Source of the DNA: a bacterium
Lineage (GTDB): Bacteria; Hydrothermota; 32-111
DNA: 46,474 bases
Assembly: GCA_050239825.1 (NCBI GenBank)
Contig: JBFXGO010000016.1
Coordinates: forward strand, 1 to 46,474
Direction: 5' to 3'
Shown: piece after piece, positions 43,826-46,474 of the stretch
Layout: every line of letters starts with the position of its first letter
How positions within the stretch are numbered: position 1 is the stretch's first letter
Notes under the pieces: model-generated
The model's database searches: none
Told to the model about the DNA's origin: nothing
What the model saw: only the letters and a program-made list of their open reading frames with translations
Translations under genes and position numbers: made by a program

Positions 43826-46474
43826 ATGAAAAATATATTGATTTTATCTCTTGTAATGCTTATTTCGATATTAGTTACATCCGATAATATACCTCAAATC
43901 TATATTCACGGAACAAAGTCTGAGGCAGTACCCCTGCTTAGGTTTTTTGATTTAACAAAACTCAAAATAGTTTTAGCTGGTGGTTGGACTACTTGGTATC
44001 CAATGGATCCAATAGATTCTTCTCTACTTTTTCCAACTGCAATGACACGAATAGTTGAGGAGGGATATGATGGTTATAGGTATGGAAAAACAATCGATGG
44101 CGAAGATGCAGTAATGTGTGATAAGAATACTGAATTAATGATTACGAATTATCCAAAATCGGTTTATAATTTTTCATATTATCGTCAAGACGGAGGACCG
44201 GGAATAATCGGGAGCAACGGACGACTTGAATGTATGGTTCAAAAAAATGTTAAAATTTATGTATGTTCGGATACGAGCGCACAAGAAATATTTCCGGAGT
44301 ATTATATGGCGAATAAAGGTACACCAAATGATATATATACAGAATCAATTAATGGATACGACTATACGGTTACAGAGATAAAGTTGTTTGATTTTACAAA
44401 TAATTCTGATGTTGAATGCTGGTCTGAAAACTTGGCAGTTTTTATTGATAAAGTGTTGGCTGCAACAGGAGCAGATAAGGTAGATTTAATATGTCATTCT
44501 ATGGGTGGAGTAGTAGCTCGAGCCGCAATTAAGTATTATGGGTGTGAAAACAAGGTTAGAAAATTGCTAACCATAGGAACACCCAATCACCCCTTTGGAA
44601 CTCGTTTTGGGGAATTACTTTATTCCTTAAATCCAACCAATCCCGAGTGGATGAAGCACGGGGAACACTGGGAAATGGATGTTGAAGAATGTGGACGAAT
44701 TCTTTTCAAAAATATTGAGACAGAGGAAACAGGCCTATATCTCGACTTGATGGGATATGATATAAATATTGAAAGAGTAGCAACTATTGTTGGTAATATC
44801 GGGGTTGATTTAATATCGGACGATAATGATGGATGCACTGGAGTTGAGCAGTCCATTTTGGACTGTGCAGAATTTAATGCAGTAATTGATGCAACTCATT
44901 CATCAAGTGAAGAAAATTTAGAGCATTGTGAATGTACAAGTACCTATGTAACATCTTTTATTAAAAGCTGGATGATTGATGGCGACAGCTTTGTGTTTGA
45001 TGGAGAGATAACAGATTATGGATTTGGGATTGTTGGAAATATAAATAATCCCACCTCAAAATCAATCCGACTGATTGTTGATGGAACAGATGAATTTGGT
45101 AATGATTTAAAGAGTTACGAAGGAATATTGTGCGGTGTTGTGACATCAATTTATGAACATCAGAACATTACAGATGATGTCGGTCCTACAATGGGAATAG
45201 ATTTTACAAACATTACAAATAACAATAGAAAACCTGGCATTCTAAGAGGCAGTCCGATTTACTTGAAGGAGTGTCCGTGGTCAAGTAATGCAATATTCAC
45301 AAAATATCATCCAAAGGCATCCTTTTACGACATGAATGGTCTAATAGAGATTCCTGAGATAGAACATGATTATAGTTTCAACTGGGGAGATGCAATAGCT
45401 CCATATGTAGATTTGCTTCCCGGTGTTGCAGATTTTGCTCTTGCTACAGCTCTAAGCACATACACTATTAACTGGATATCGAACGACATATCAGTAAGAA
45501 ATAGATTATGGTATATAAGAGCAGGAAGTATAGAGATGATAGACAGTATGATACCGGGCTCAGCAATGAGTAAGAGTTTTAGGATACCGCCATTAAGAAG
45601 TTCAAAAACAATTCCTTCTCATCCGTCAACTTATAATCTGATGCAGTTTAATGTAAGATTTGAACTTGATGATAACGGGTATTTTTGCCAAGACAGCAAA
45701 TGGCTGACTGTCAGTACGCCCGATTGGAATCCGGATAATTTAAGCTTAGTATATCAAGATGAGGATTCGATAAAACTGGCTTGGACAGATACATTTAACT
45801 TAGTTAACAGAATAATAAGGTCAAATGACGATATGCAAAGGGATGTTTGTTCATTAAATACATATACGGATACGAACTTTATAAGGGGTATGAATAACAA
45901 CTATGAGGTACATTCGAGATGGGTATATCCGAACGGGGATATACTAATAAGCGAGAATGATAATAACACACATAGAGAAACAGTGTTTGGAATACCGTGC
46001 AATGCTCCCAAAGCATATCCGATAGCTTGTATTTGGCAGCCAAACAATAAGGCATTGATAAAGTGGGTTGATAATTCAAATCATGAGGATGGATATAGGA
46101 TAAAGATAAAGGAAAACGATACACTTAAAGGAACAAAGGATACAATAATAAATTTAGCGGAGGATCCTGACACATTGGAATGGATACATCAAACAACGAG
46201 AACAGGGCAAATGAAGTATATTGTATATTCAATGAATAAAGGAGCATTTTCAAAAGATTCTGTTGAATATATCAATTATAGAGGATACGGGACACCGTTT
46301 GTATCATTAGATAGTATTGACCTAAGCAAAGGAACCGTAAGAATAACAGGGGATACAATAATAACGGGAACGAGGAGAAGACTGAATGGAGATATACTTT
46401 CAGTAGAATCATATAAAGAAGGAGTTGAAAATAAGATTCTAAAATCCGAATTTGTAAAAGATAGTAATGCACAG
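43826..46474 (+). CDS. Cassette 3 gene B3: untruncated secreted lipase-like hydrolase with FN3-like domains; runs off the window (at least 883 codons, absent from the ORF track)
   Basis: Manual translation from ATG 43826 (MKNILILSLVMLISILVTSDNIPQIYIHG) shows no stop: KVDLICHSMGG, TIGTPNH, DNDG, ATHS, then WVDNSNHEDGYRIKIKE continuing past the point where B1/B2 are cut. Confidence 0.88.
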   Translation, partial: MKNILILSLVMLISILVTSDNIPQIYIHGTKSEAVPLLRFFDLTKLKIVLAGGWTTWYPMDPIDSSLLFPTAMTRIVEEGYDGYRYGKTIDGEDAVMCDKNTELMITNYPKSVYNFSYYRQDGGPGIIGSNGRLECMVQKNVKIYVCSDTSAQEIFPEYYMANKGTPNDIYTESINGYDYTVTEIKLFDFTNNSDVECWSENLAVFIDKVLAATGADKVDLICHSMGGVVARAAIKYYGCENKVRKLLTIGTPNHPFGTRFGELLYSLNPTNPEWMKHGEHWEMDVEECGRILFKNIETEETGLYLDLMGYDINIERVATIVGNIGVDLISDDNDGCTGVEQSILDCAEFNAVIDATHSSSEENLEHCECTSTYVTSFIKSWMIDGDSFVFDGEITDYGFGIVGNINNPTSKSIRLIVDGTDEFGNDLKSYEGILCGVVTSIYEHQNITDDVGPTMGIDFTNITNNNRKPGILRGSPIYLKECPWSSNAIFTKYHPKASFYDMNGLIEIPEIEHDYSFNWGDAIAPYVDLLPGVADFALATALSTYTINWISNDISVRNRLWYIRAGSIEMIDSMIPGSAMSKSFRIPPLRSSKTIPSHPSTYNLMQFNVRFELDDNGYFCQDSKWLTVSTPDWNPDNLSLVYQDEDSIKLAWTDTFNLVNRIIRSNDDMQRDVCSLNTYTDTNFIRGMNNNYEVHSRWVYPNGDILISENDNNTHRETVFGIPCNAPKAYPIACIWQPNNKALIKWVDNSNHEDGYRIKIKENDTLKGTKDTIINLAEDPDTLEWIHQTTRTGQMKYIVYSMNKGAFSKDSVEYINYRGYGTPFVSLDSIDLSKGTVRITGDTIITGTRRRLNGDILSVESYKEGVENKILKSEFVKDSNAQ
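45852..46079 (+). repeat. 228-bp direct repeat shared with 39390-39617
   Basis: One mismatch relative to the B1 copy. Confidence 0.95.

Noticed and set aside
39390..46079. 228-bp repeat pair as a DGR template/variable repeat
   Set aside because: Only one mismatch (C/T, not adenine-specific), both copies are coding, and no reverse transcriptase is seen.

Overview
Bacterial chromosomal window, probably from a diderm FCB-superphylum lineage (inferred from several T9SS-type C-terminal sorting domains and a gingipain-family C25 peptidase). Left to right: a 5'-truncated LVIVD-repeat secreted protein, a frameshifted chemoreceptor (MCP) remnant, a bacterial alpha-2-macroglobulin, a palindrome-rich spacer, the rpsP-khpA-rimM-trmD-rplS-rnhB-yraN operon (minus strand), a wzm/wzt-glycosyltransferase-rmlD polysaccharide cluster, and a long plus-strand run (C25 peptidase, DUF502, CorC-like, dnaE, purA, Wzi-like, flippase, MBL hydrolase, uvrB). 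The standout is the last 10 kb (36320-46474), an AT-richer tandem array of three ~3.2-3.3 kb two-gene cassettes. Each cassette is a highly divergent predicted outer-membrane beta-barrel (A) plus a secreted lipase-like alpha/beta-hydrolase with FN3-like domains (B). B1 and B2 are cut at the same nucleotide inside an FN3-like domain by an identical 51-bp junction. Only B3 (43826 to the window end, missing from the ORF track) reads on into a longer C-terminal region. This looks like a polymorphic cassette system with spare N-terminal modules stored upstream of a constant C-terminus; the function is inference.
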